Assembly (NCBI GenBank): GCA_024679065.1
Contig: JAGIQG010000004.1
Span: 26,722,001-26,786,000, forward strand
Direction of reading: 5' to 3'
Source of the DNA: Sphyrna mokarran
Lineage: Eukaryota
Length of the DNA: 64,000 nucleotides
The position numbers and the translations under genes were made by a program. This document shows positions 38,234 to 50,071 of this stretch, in pieces. The stretch's first letter is position 1. The number at the start of each line of letters is the position of its first letter. Under the pieces are notes generated by a model, which saw only the letters and a list, made by a program, of their open reading frames with translations, had not been told where the DNA came from and searched no databases.

Positions 38234-40189
38234 ATATTATTAAATATGCTCGCACATGCTGAGCATCCCTATACTTTGGGGATGGGGGGAGTCTTGGAAA
38301 ATCTTACAAAGCATGATGGTGAAAATTGGACACAAATCAAAGTATCACAGAGAAGCAATCATCCATCAAAGCAGAAAATGGATGCATTTTATGCAGTTGG
38401 CTGTACGAAACCAGGCCGCATTTCCTTTGAGCTTATATTCTTAAATGCTCCCCTCAGTCATATTTTTCAGTGGACAGCTTTCACTTTGTGATTGGATATA
38501 TTTGCAATTGTCTAATACAGAAAATTTTACTGCACAGCCTGCAAATTTGCGCATCTCTACTAAAACCATGCAACTAACCAGTCCATATCCGCACATTTTG
38601 AATTAGCTACCGCTCACTTCCAAATGATTGCTTGAATTTCTTCAACTTCACCTTCAGTTGTGCATGCATTATTTTGTTCCACACTTATATTATCTCCAAG
38701 CACAGAGAAAAATTAAAATAATTACAACAAAGTGGCAAGAACTAGAACTGAAAACTGCTTTAAATTTCTGAAGGGTTGGTAAAACAACATTTATCAAACT
38801 GAAACGTCCAATAACAGCTGACATATTTCCAACATTCCGCAGCAAATCGCAAAGGTATCTATTACATTAAATATTCCCTCACCTTGAGTTTTCTGTCAGC
38901 TTAAGCACAATTCTCTCCTAGTAGCCTCATCCTATTTGGAAATCTTTACACAGCTTCTCAGTCTGTTAGATAAAGTAGAATCCAGTCATGCACCCGAGAG
39001 AAACAATGCCGTGGAAAAACAGCCTTGACATTCCTGCCAGGGACTTTGTCTTTCATTAATAAGACTGGAAAGGTTGGTCAGTTCCAATCAAATTTCCCAC
39101 TGACTGAAACTTGGGTTGACTGCAAGCACACCTGCGGAGATGTTACTGAGACCGGATAATATAATGTGTCAAAGAGGCATTAAGACCCTGGCTTGTGTCT
39201 GCTGATGACATCATCTCATTATCATCTGACAGACAACAGTAAATTCTTCTCTGATACATCGGATCTGTGCAGAGAAGCACTACAGTTTAAATAAAGATAG
39301 ATAATTCAGATCCACTTCAACAAACACACATTTTGAACTAAAAAGTTAAACAAAATCAAATGCTTACCAATTACTTATAAGAAAAACTTTATACAGAGTA
39401 AATCAAACCTTTCAATCTGCACAAAAGGAAAGTTATGTCTGATGAATCATCAGCTGCTGAAGCCAGCAGTGCAATTACTGACTAACTGCTGACATGGTCC
39501 AGCAGAAAAAAAAACGTGATTTACAATTGTTTATTCTTTGCAGCTTTATACAATTTGTTCCAAAAACTTACAAAGATCCTTTGAAATTCTGTACAACACT
39601 TGAACAAGCTATATCACAGATATTTCAGGAAGGAAAATGTTGTTTACACATGCTGATTTTATTTGGTTTGATTGCTAGTATTTATGGGCAGCACTTTATA
39701 AACAATGTGGGTCACCGGATTTGGGACGCAATCTTTTATTTTTAAAAAATGCTTTTACTAAGAAGGATTGCTAATACTTAAAAACTTTGAAAATGACAAA
39801 AAGCCATCTGTCTGCTCATTCTAAGGAAGATTATATGACCAACTGCGTCATTTGTGTGGTTAGAGAATGTTGGAAAATTGAGCAAGTCGAATTCAGTCAT
39901 ATTTTGTTTCCAATTCTGTTTGTCATTGATTTTCCAGCAAGCCTTTTTTTTATGGGTTTGTGGATGTTTCTATATGTCACCTCAGCCAAAGCTATGCAAA
40001 TACATGCAAAAATATTTAACTGAATAATTCGAAGGTTTTCACTTGGTATTACAATTCTTGTCCTGCAGAGCCCTGGGGAAGATTCATAAAATTCTATTAG
40101 AACAAATTTTGTACATTTTTGCTGCAATGTTTACAATATCCATTTAATGTAGAATCAAAGAATTTTACAGCAAAAGAGGGGTGAGGTCC

Positions 40190-40606
40190 ATTGTGTCTGT
40201 GTGTAGCAGTACTGCCTTCAAGTCTGAAGATTGTGGGTTCTGAGTCTTGAACACACAAATATAGGTTGACACCCCAAAACAATACTGAGATGGTATTGCA
40301 TTTTCAGAGGTGGCACCTTTCGGGTGAAAGGTTCAGCTTAGGCCCTGTGGTGTATGTAAAGGATTCCATAGCACTATTTCAAAGAAAAGCAGGGGGAATT
40401 CTCCCTCATGTCCTGGCCAATTATTTGTCCCTCAACCAATATGATTAAAATATATTTTCTGGCCATTATCATATTGTTGTCCATTGGCACTTACTATGCA
40501 CAAATCTGACTGCCTCATTTCCAATACTGAAAATGCTTCAAAGAACAGTTCATTGGCTGTATAATACTTTGGGACATCCTAAAGTTGCTCAAAAGTCTTT
40601 CTTTCT
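40190..40606 (+). mobile_element. DeuSINE (SacSINE1-like)
   Basis: Deu-domain-like gcactatttcaaagaaaagcagggggaattctccctcatgtcctggccaattatttgtccctcaacc and an L2-type tail ttcattggctgtataatactttgggacatcct. Confidence 0.75.
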
Positions 40607-41366
40607 GAAAGAGTCTTCCGTTTAGTCCCATGCTCTGCTTTATCCTACTTTTGTAAGTTTTTGTATGTTCTACTCCCACAGCCCTGCCACTCCCCCAGTC
40701 CCCACCACTAAGCCATCCCCAATGCTCCTATGATGCATTTTATGATGATAAACAGGAAGCTACATATACAAAAATGGTAAAACTTTAGTAAGAGTATAGA
40801 GACTCCGAGGGGGAAATGTTCACATTTTGCCTTTCACAGGAATAGTAGCAGGTGAGGAAGGTGTGTGGGGAGCAGTGCAGGGACAGACCATACATAGGTC
40901 CATTGATCCCAAGCATGATTTTCCAAGTTGGAGGCAAACGCGACTGAAAAAAACCCACAGACTCAACCAAAATTTTCAAACTGAGTGAAAAGGGCAAATG
41001 GACAGACAAAAATCAGGAAAATAAAATTAGCCCCATCAAGCATATTACAGTATTCACTGCAGTAATGCCATGAAGTTCTGGCTTATTCAGAGATAACTTA
41101 GTGATGTGATAAATTTGCTAAACAAGGAATTATAGAGCAGTAGAAACTCTTCAAATTCTTTGTTCTCTGAACTTGCTGTACTCTGTACTTTCAGGACCAA
41201 CTCTAACACTGGAACAAATTTCATGCGGGATCTTCCCATCCCACCAAAGGCAATTAACTTTTGAACAGCTTGCCACATTATACAGCCTCTTCCCTGCAGT
41301 GACAGCACTGTAAAGTTTCACCCACAGTCTTTGATTGATTTTATGAATGTGTCAAGAAAATACTGG

Positions 41367-42160
41367 TGTCATGAAAAAAAAATCAGTAAATCAAAGAAAT
41401 TGGAATATATTCTGTTGGTTATATATTTTAAAAGTTGCGGGAAAATGTCAGTTGCTTAAAGTAGCATCTGCGTGGCTATGTTAATGGAACTAGTGTTTTT
41501 GACACATTGACGAACCTACCAACACCACAAACAGATGTTTACCCAAGGCAAGTTGATAACAATGGGAGAGAACATGAAGGAATTTGAATATGGTTTTAAA
41601 AGATCAAAAGAGACAAGGTGCAAAAAAAGGTCATAAAGTGAGTATATTTGCATTTACATTCTAAAAGCTAAAATTAAAAAATTAGGGTAAGTTAAGTTGA
41701 CTTCTGAGTTAAGTTAAGTTTATAAGGAAATGATTAAATCTAACTAGGACAGCTGTTATTTGAACACAGCCAAGAGAATGGAATAGTTGTTTACCTCTAG
41801 CAAGCAGCGTCTGTGAAGCAAGTTAGTATTGAAAAGCAAGCTGTTATGTTCTACCTCAGAAGCAACCCCAAAGAATTCCAACTTCCTGGTGTAGTAACTG
41901 TTGCTGGATTTTTATAACTTCAAAAATCCATAAGGTGTTGTGGAACACTTGGGCAAAGTTAGTTCTGAAGACAGTCAAGTAAAAATTATTTGGAATTGTG
42001 TAAAATTAATGATAGTATGTATAACTATTGTCTTAGTTCAGTGTGCTTCTAGATTACTTGACTATTGTTCATTTGATTGTTTAATAAACGTTTATTTTAT
42101 TTGAGGTCATCACAAAATGTCTGGAATGTCATTCTGTGGATTTAAAACTTTTCTTCAAAG
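41367..42160 (+). mobile_element. Possible solo LTR
   Basis: Starts TGTCATG, has AATAAA at ~42083 and LTR-like composition. No partner LTR or TSD seen. Confidence 0.25.
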
Positions 42161-42169
42161 TGCGCTGGA

Positions 42170-43660
42170 TGCTGGGACAGTGAATAAATGTAAGGAGGTG
42201 TGAGATAGATGTTTAGTTGGTAATGGGTTGTAGGGTTTTTTTTTTAAGAGCAACACAGCACGGGAAACAGGCCCTTCGGCCCAACAAGCCCGCGCTGCCG
42301 TCATAACTATATAGTAGCAATTCCATTATCCTATTATAGATTTAGGTTATTCCTAATATGGAAGACTCTCACTATAGGGACAATTTGTTTCCCAATCAGC
42401 CTAAGAGCGAATTTTTGGGTTGTGGGAAGAAACCGGAGTGCCCGGAGAAAACCCACGCAACCATGGGGAGAACGCGCAAACTCCCGCAGACACCAGCCCA
42501 ATTCCAAGTGTCTGCACAGCCACATCGATAGCCTCTGAGCTGTCATGGTGCCCTTCAGATGGTCCACATAAAGCACTCATTTACGACATGAAGTACCAGG
42601 CAACCCATGAATCAACATCCAAGAGCTGTACTCACACCACCTGCCGAATGCATGCTCAACGTTGGTCAAGTATGGACCGAATTACCTGTGGAAAAAAAGC
42701 CGTAGTTAAACAGTCCTACTATATCCCTCTATCTGCATACCGCTCATGTGGATGTCCAAGAGACCCTTAAACAGCCCCAGCATGCCTGCTCCCACCACCT
42801 TACTCGGCAGTGCATTCCACACCCCCACTACCCTTTGTGTGAAAAACTGCCCTCTAATATTCGTCTTATACATAGCCCCCCCTCACCCTAAGGCCATGAC
42901 CCCTCGTCCTATCCATTTCTGAAGGTGGAAAAAGTTTACCACCATTTACTCTATCTATAACCCTTATAATCTTATACACCTCTATTAGATCCCCTCTAAG
43001 CCGACGTCTTTCAAGGGAAAACAACCCCAGTCTATTTAATCGTTCCTCATAAGACAGTCCTTCCATACCAGGCAGCATCCTGGTAAACCTCCTCTGCACT
43101 CTCTCAAGGACTCCACATCCTTCCGATAGTACGGCGACCAGAACTGGACGCAGTATTCCAAGTGAGGCCTAACCAACGTTCTATACAACTGCAACATCAA
43201 ACTCCGACTCTTGTATTCTATACCCTTTTCTATGAAAGCTAACATACTATACGCCTTCTTTATCACCTTCTCCACCTGTGAGGACACCTTCAGAGACTTG
43301 TGAACCTGCACCCCCAAGTCTCTCTGCGTCTCTAGGCTCCGTATAGTTTTACCTTTTATCCTATAACTCTCTTCTACATTTTTCCGGCCAAAATGCATCA
43401 CCTCGCATTTATCCGAATTAAATTCCATTTGCCATCTATCTGCCCAGTCTACCAACCTATCTATGTCCTGTTGTATTGCCTGGCACTGCTCCTCTGTACC
43501 CGCCAATCCAAGCATCTTGGTGTCATCAGCAAATTTGCTGATGGGGTTATGGAGAGAAGGCAAGAAAATGGGAATGAGGAGCATCTCAGCCATGATCAAA
43601 TGCAGAGCAGACTTGATGGGCCAAATGGCATAATTCTGCTCCTGTGTCTTATGAATTTAT
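42170..43660 (+). mobile_element. Old CR1 3' tail (42170-42237 and 43544-43660) split by a younger LINE
   Basis: The two halves join to ...gataga.gtttagttggtaatgggttgtagggttatggagagaaggcaagaaaatgg...gatgggccaaatggc. Confidence 0.7.
42238..43543 (-). mobile_element. Young 5'-truncated CR1-type LINE with poly(A) end and V-SINE core in its 3' UTR
   Basis: ISKFADDTK...WQMEFNSDKCEVMHFG...LYRTLVRPHLEYCVQFWSP...FFTQRVVGVWNALP, stop at 42706. Only two single-base frameshifts, CpGs retained, GGGTT duplication at 42233-42237 / 43544-43548. Confidence 0.9.
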
Positions 43661-45041
43661 AACAAATTGCAAAAATATAGTTGAGGGCAAATTTTCCTTC
43701 TAGGATTTAGAATAACTCAGTGTTTACAGTCAGCTGTTATGTCATCATTATTTTCCTGACAAAATGAGAGTTTTTCATGATCAAGTGTGCAGGAGAGAGA
43801 ACTGGATGTATTAGATTGTTCAAAGTTTATTTCCTTTTTCTCCACATGGCTTCTAAGATCTTTGTGTAGTGAATATTGTAAGTGGCTATGGAACTGATAT
43901 TGACTTGGCATGGAAGTCATGAGGGAACATGAGGGGAAGGATGGCAGATGGGAGGGGAATGGGAAGTGACGGGCTGTGGGGTGTCAGGGCTAGAAGGACT
44001 AACAATTTCGAAAACAATTGGGACGAGTGAGCTCCCAGAGATCTGATGTCAGCCTTGTAATTAGCCTCCCTGGGCATTTGCCTGTCCTCAAGGCTGCCTG
44101 CACTCTGTTTCCAGACTCAGCACACCCATGTCTATACCATACTCATCCACTTGGAGCAAAAGTGCACATTTTGGGCTACTTTTAATCAAGGCAGGTCCAG
44201 CAAGTCAGGACATTTCCCAACTTCAGCTACATGTCTCAGTAGCTAAAATCCTGCTCTCAAAGTTAAGTTCTTTGAGCACTGATCCAGATGAATGGGAAGG
44301 GAATCTGCCAAATATTTTCTTCTTCATTGTACTTCGAACTGTTAAAGAATCAGATTAACCTGGATCAGCTGCAGACATGACAGTGATCTGGCACCGGGAA
44401 AAGCTGCAGCAAATCCATACGTCATTGCTTACTCTTTGACCCCATGTACCATATATCAAACAAAATGCTTGTACAGAACAGAACAAAAAGTAGATCAGGA
44501 TTTTGTTCCTGTTACTGGGATACTTTCATTGTTACTAATTTCTAAGCATCATAACACTGTACTTCCTTCTCCAGCTACAACTTGTTTTTAACGTCCTACC
44601 TGCTTTAGCACCAAGTTATATTTTGTCACTCTTTCTTCATTGTGCATTAGAAGGAACTAGATAAAGAATTTTGCTACCGACACCATAAAGTAGGTTTCAT
44701 AGTCTTGAGAACATTAATGGCAAGTCTTTACTAACAACCATAAGTCTACATACATAAAGTAGAAGGTACTATCATGGAGATGTATATATCCTATATCTTT
44801 CCACGTTTCCATCCATCTCTACATTGACCCTGGGTCATGTGCCACCTTTATCACTGTGTGTAGGATACTGTATTTAGTTGCACATTAACCATGTTGTGCT
44901 AGACTATCGAACTACAGTAGTAAGAGTTTAGTTTATTTTTATTTCTCACAGCTATGATATTCAATTATTAGATTTAAAATGCTTGGATCTGAAAGTAATT
45001 TACAATCGCCTGTTCAGTATATTGCTGCTGCAGATTCTCTT

Positions 45042-45089
45042 GACTTCTTAGTGCGCTTAGCCCAGTCCAACACCAGCATCTCCACATCA
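45042..45089 (+). mobile_element. Very short Penelope family-B terminal insertion
   Basis: gacttcttagtgcgcttagcccagtccaacaccagcatctccacatca flanked by CAGATTCTCTT (45031-45041) / CAGATTCCCTT (45090-45100). Confidence 0.7.
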
Positions 45090-46129
45090 CAGATTCCCTT
45101 ATCAGCATGCAGAGCCAGATGAGCAAGAAGTGATTTCTATGGCTGGGCGTCATTCCTTTCATTCATAGCTTCTGTTCACAGGTTATCAATGTTTCAAATG
45201 GACTCTTTCTTGCAAGTCCATGGGCCAGAGAAGCAGGTAACCAGTAAAATATTTAAACCCAAGACCCATAAGTTCATGGAAAGCTTCAGTTTCAATAATT
45301 TGCATTTCTGTTATGACTTTACAGAATAAATTGTCAATCCAAAAAAGTAATTGTTTCCAATGAAGCATTGAAGGAAAAAGGTAGCAATGCAATTGCTATT
45401 AGAAACATTAGTGGTGCTTCACTTGTGTTTGTTTAAAGCCAGTTTTATGTTCTGGCATAAGTAAATGAACTTTGCAGGAAAATTTGGCTCAAGTCCCTGT
45501 CCACAAAGAAAGCAGTTGAAATTTTGGCAGAATGGCAATTCATGATATTTGGGGCCAAAGTGCTCAGACACATGTGTATCCAGGGCTGAACAGATCCACA
45601 ACGGTAAAAACTGAAATTATTTAAAAGCTCAAGTTATCAGTTTTTGTGGATCTGTTCCTTAACAAACATGAAGAAGGCAACTGGATTGTGTTCACAAATA
45701 CTCTGATCCCACTCATGCAGGCAACATTCTGCCATAAGTTAGATTTAACCTTAAGTTTGGTTCTGTTCAATAACTAAAAGTAAAAAAAACTGTTTTAACT
45801 TTAATTGCATGCCGCACACAAAACAGTAGTGCAAAAATACATAAACTAGATCCAGTTGTGGGTTCAATACAAGACTACTTGTACTGAAAATAAAAACTGA
45901 TAATAAAAGTTGAGGGCTGGATGCATAGAAACTTTTGATGGTTTTAATTTTATATTTTCCATTTTACTTGCACATTTTGTTTATTTTACACACTCTAAGG
46001 AGGAACATCTTGCACTCTTCCAAAAATACTTTCATTGCTGAACTGACTGAAGTATTGTGTTTATGGAACTTATTAGTAGATGGTTGTAGACTTTGCATAA
46101 TGTACTTTTCATTTGTTGTTGTGGTTTTG

Positions 46130-46362
46130 GGCAAGTGGTGCTCCACTGTCTTAGCCCCAATCTCTTGAATTTCTTCCTGAAACTTTCTGCCCCTCTACTT
46201 CACTCTCCTCCTTTTAGAAACTCCTCAAAACCTGCAACTTGGTCCAAGTGTTTGGTTGCTTGTCCGAATATTTCAGCTGACTCAGCGTCAATTTTTTTCT
46301 GATAACACTAGTGTGCTTTCTCCTCTGATAAAGAGGTGATATAAAAACAAGCTGTTATTGTT
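46130..46362 (+). mobile_element. L2-type LINE 3' end
   Basis: ctcctcaaaacctgcaacttggtccaagtgtttggt...gatataaaaacaagctgttattgtt resembles vertebrate L2 tails. Confidence 0.55.
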
Positions 46363-46845
46363 AAATTAGAGATTAATGGACATTTGAGCACACCTCTCTG
46401 CCTTTCACTGCAACTATACTTTTTCAGCTACTGGATGGCCAACAGAAGGAACAGATTGTATTTCATGTTTCGATTCTCTAAACTCATGATAAAATGGCTT
46501 TCATCAGAAGCATTCTCCTGTTTATATTTTAATGTGCTAGTGGGTGAGTACCATGAATTTGCAGTTAAACAGCACACTGTCAGTACATAAACATGTCCAA
46601 ATCTCTATCACTTTAACCAATTGTGGACACACTAAAGGAAACTGCAGACCCCCATTCTGAAGTATTTCAAAGTAATAATGTAAAGATACACATTTGGTTT
46701 TGAAATTATGCCAATATAGATTCATAGGAAATTCTCTAACCCTATGTAAGAATTGCCTCAATCAATTTGATTCATATCTAGCACAAAGGAAGTTGTTTGT
46801 GGTTGTTGGAGGTCAATCATCTCAGCTCTCATCAGACCAGAACTT

Positions 46846-46952
46846 GCCACTCACTTGACAAAAAGTCAGAGATCTGAAAGCTAGCGGTTTTTGCTGCCAA
46901 ATAAACCTGTTGAACTTTAACCTGGTGTTGTAAGAATTCTTACTGTGGTTAC
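46846..46952 (+). mobile_element. Penelope family-B terminal repeat with decayed hammerhead
   Basis: cac-ttgacaa-...-gaaagcta-gcg, then aaataaacctgttgaactttaacctggtgttgtaagaattcttactgtg. Confidence 0.7.
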
Positions 46953-47195
46953 TGCCAGGGTGCCAGGTGAGCAATGCTAAGCTGGCACTGCCCAATCGGC
47001 ATCGTTCGACCACACCTCCAGGGACTTCAATGGCCTCCGATCTCCTGGCATGGCCACTGCACTTAGCCCTGCTACTGCAGAGCAGTAGTGATTCTCGCTG
47101 GCGTGACCTTTCGCCAAGGGAGATGGAAGCAGCCTTTCTGGATACGCTAATGAGATTGAAATGTACTTATTCCCATGCAATAGGCTTTGCACCCT
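46950..47195 (-). mobile_element. Fragment of a Harbinger-derivative left arm
   Basis: Reverse complement ctcccttggcgaaaggtcacgccagcgagaatcactactg resembles 13328-13375, 25197-25245 and 62737-62790. Confidence 0.5.
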
Positions 47196-47204
47196 TTCTC
47201 AAGT

Positions 47205-47398
47205 TTTTAAGTTTATTTGTTAGTGTCACAAGTAAGCTTACATTAACAGTGCAATGAAGTTACTGTAAAATCCCCAGCGCCTGTTCGAGTACACTGAGGG
47301 GGAATTTAGCATGGCCAATGCACCTAACCAGCATGTTTTTTGGACGTGAAAAAACCGGAGCATCTGGAGAAAACTCACACAAACATGAGGAGAACGTT
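47205..47398 (-). mobile_element. V-SINE variant with a Rex1-like 3' tail
   Basis: V core and tttagcatggccaatgcacctaacc as in HE1, but the tail reads ...cttgtgacactaacaaataaac, like the Rex1 end at 30795-30815. Confidence 0.65.
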
Positions 47399-47519
47399 TT
47401 CTGGTACGAAAGCCATTCTCACTGGTATTTGAAAACATGAGGGCTCTGGACAGGGAGAAACCTTTCTCTCTCATGAAAGGATTAAGAACAAAAAAGCATA
47501 GATTTAAAATAATTGATAA

Positions 47520-47740
47520 GGTTTTAGCTCAGTTGGTTGGACAGCTGATTAGTGATGCAGAGCGATGCCAATAGCTTGGGTTCAATTCCCATGCCAGCTG
47601 AGGTTATTCAACCTCAACTTGTCCCTTGCCTGAGATGTGGTGACTCTTAGGTCAAATCACCACTTGTCAGCTCTCCCCCTCCAAAGGGAAAGCAGCCTAT
47701 GGTCACCTGGGAGTATGGGAACTTGACTTTTACTTTTTAT
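47520..47740 (+). mobile_element. tRNA-derived SINE (non-HE1 family)
   Basis: A box tagctcagttgg (47525), B box ggttcaattcc (47579), unique body and a (ttttac)n-like tail. Confidence 0.7.
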
Positions 47741-48104
47741 TAACAACTGACTGATGATTTAAGTCTCTATTCATCGGTCCAATGGTCACCGCCTTAGAAT
47801 TACTATGTAGTTGTATAATTGTAAGACATTGCAATTTAAGAATTATAATTTTCTACTTAAGAAATGACTGCCAGAAGTTAAAATTACTACAATATTAAAT
47901 CACTGCAAATAAATTGCCGAGTTCTAATCTGGTTGTCACACAGTTTAATCTCTTTCTTATATTGATTCCTGTTTGTTTTAATTTCTGGCAACACTGATCC
48001 ATGGACTTATGACCCCAATTTGTAATGTTAACGGCTCTGCTTAAGAACATTGATATTTTTCTAAAGTAACAAAAATCAATTGACAAAATTCTGTGTTATT
48101 ATAT

Positions 48105-48775
48105 GCAACCAAACCTCACCAATGCCCTATACAACTGTAGTGAATATCCCTATTCCTATATTCAAATCCTCTCATTATGAATGCCAACATACCATTTGCC
48201 TTCTTTAATGCTCACTGTACCTGCGTGCTTACTTTCAACGACTGATGCACGAGGATCTCTCTTAATTTACATCCATTCAAATAATAATCTGTCTATTATT
48301 GCTACCAAAGTGGATAACGTCACATTTATCCACATTATACTGTGTTTGGATTACATATGCCCACACACTCAGCCTGTCTAAATCACTCTGAAGCATCTCT
48401 GCATTCTCTTCACAGCTCACCCTCCCATTCAAGACTGTATCATCTGCAAATCTGGAGATAATACATTCAGTTCCCTCTTCCAAATCAATAATAAATAATG
48501 TGAACTGTTGGAGTCCTAGCACAGATCCCTGCTGTGCCCCACTAGTCAATCAGAAAAGACCTGTTTATGCCAACTTTGCGTCCTGTCTGCTAACCAGCTT
48601 TCTATCCATCTCAAAACACTACCCACAATCCCATGTGCTTTAACTTTATGTAGTTGTCTGCTATGTGAGATCTTGTTGAAAGCCTTTTGAATGTCTAAAT
48701 AAACTCCATTTTCTCCTTGGTCAATTATATTAGTTATATTTTCAAAGAATTCCAATAGATTTGTCAAGCAGCATT
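48105..48775 (-). mobile_element. CR1/HER1 RT fragment
   Basis: CLTNLLEFFE..T..IDQG...VYLDIQKAFNKISH, SGAQQGSVLG...FIIDL..GTECIISRFADDT and YNVDKCDVIHFG. Confidence 0.85.
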
Positions 48776-48776
48776 T

Positions 48777-49055
48777 GGGTGGCACAGTGGTTAACACTGG
48801 TGCCACACAGTGCAAAGGACCCAGTTCAATTCCAGCCTTGGGTAACTGTGTGGAGTTTGCACATTCTTCCCATGTCTGTGTGGGTTTTGGCCAGGTGCTC
48901 TGGTTTTCCTCCCACAGTCCAAAGATGCACAGGTTAGGTGGATTGGCCACACTAAATTGCGTCTTAGTGTCAAGGGTACTAGCAGGAGATAGGGCCTGGG
49001 TGGTACTGTTGTCAGTATTGAAAAGCCTCCCTATGCACTGCAGGCATTCTATGAT
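48777..49055 (+). mobile_element. HE1-like V-SINE
   Basis: gggtggcacagtggttaacactgg...cccagttcaattcc head, V core and shortened tail. Confidence 0.88.
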
Positions 49056-49528
49056 ATCATCTATGACCTGCTTTAAAATGACTATACATCTTCTGTAGAA
49101 TGTACGTAATCTCACAAAGATTCATTATCTGTGTAACAGTCTATTGGTATTGCTTTTTCAATCTTTTTCCTCCAAGATTTTGAGCACCATGTCAACAACA
49201 TCAACAACAGCAAGAGTTTCAGTGAAAGGTAGACTCTTCATCACTCTCATTTTGTTTGCCTCCCATACCAGGGTGCAACTATTCCTATTCTCTCCCACAA
49301 GAAATATCACAAAACTTCCTGTGCTGGAAAATCCATCACCATGGTTCACGTGTGACACATCACTAAAAATAATTCATTTCATGTCATTGGAATGACCCAG
49401 AGCTGGGAAATTCAGTACACACTGCTCTTTTTTTCAGTTTTTTAAATAAGTTTTATTCCTCAAGGTATCTTCCATCTTTGGATTTTTCATGGCAAGACTA
49501 ATTTGCAGAATATCAAAACTTACATTAA

Positions 49529-49646
49529 GGGTGGGATTTTACCATCTAAAAATCATGAAATCCCGCCCAATGTCAATCGACCTTTCCATTGTCTGCCCCT
49601 CACCCGTTCCAATGCCTGTGGCAGTGGGACAGTAAACTTCCAGCCC
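49529..49646. mobile_element. ~120-bp MITE inside the Copia remnant
   Basis: gggtgggattttacc ... gtaaacttccagccc, preceded by TAA. Confidence 0.6.
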
Positions 49647-49655
49647 CTAGTCTTG

Positions 49656-50071
49656 TTTTGTCATGGGGTATGAATAATTCTGATGTAAAATGTTATTAAT
49701 CAAATTAAGATGGATTTTAAATTGGCAGTCAAGCTTCCAGGACCTGGAAGTATAGGGATTTGGGGATTAAATATGGTGAATCAGACGTAATCTTACATCA
49801 GTAATCTCACTTAACTGTTGAGAAGACAATGAGAAGCCTCAGCTGTTCCATTTCACCCTTAGTAGCAGCCACATATTTTTGTCTAGACCTAATGATGATT
49901 GGACTGACAATGTTCAAGTGAGATTATTGATGTAAGATTACATCTGACTCATCATACTTAATCCCCAAATCACCATACTTCCAGGCCTGGAAGCTTGACT
50001 GCCAATTTAAAATCCATCTTAATTTAATTAATAACATTTTACATCAAAATTATTAGTACCCCATGACAAAA
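49656..50071. repeat. 160-bp inverted repeat (49656-49815 / 49912-50071), 96-bp spacer
   Basis: The arms are reverse complements with roughly 90% identity by eye. Confidence 0.92.

Noticed and set aside
47520-47595. tRNA gene
   Set aside because: The A/B boxes run into a SINE body and tail, and I see no clean cloverleaf. The same applies to the HE1 heads.
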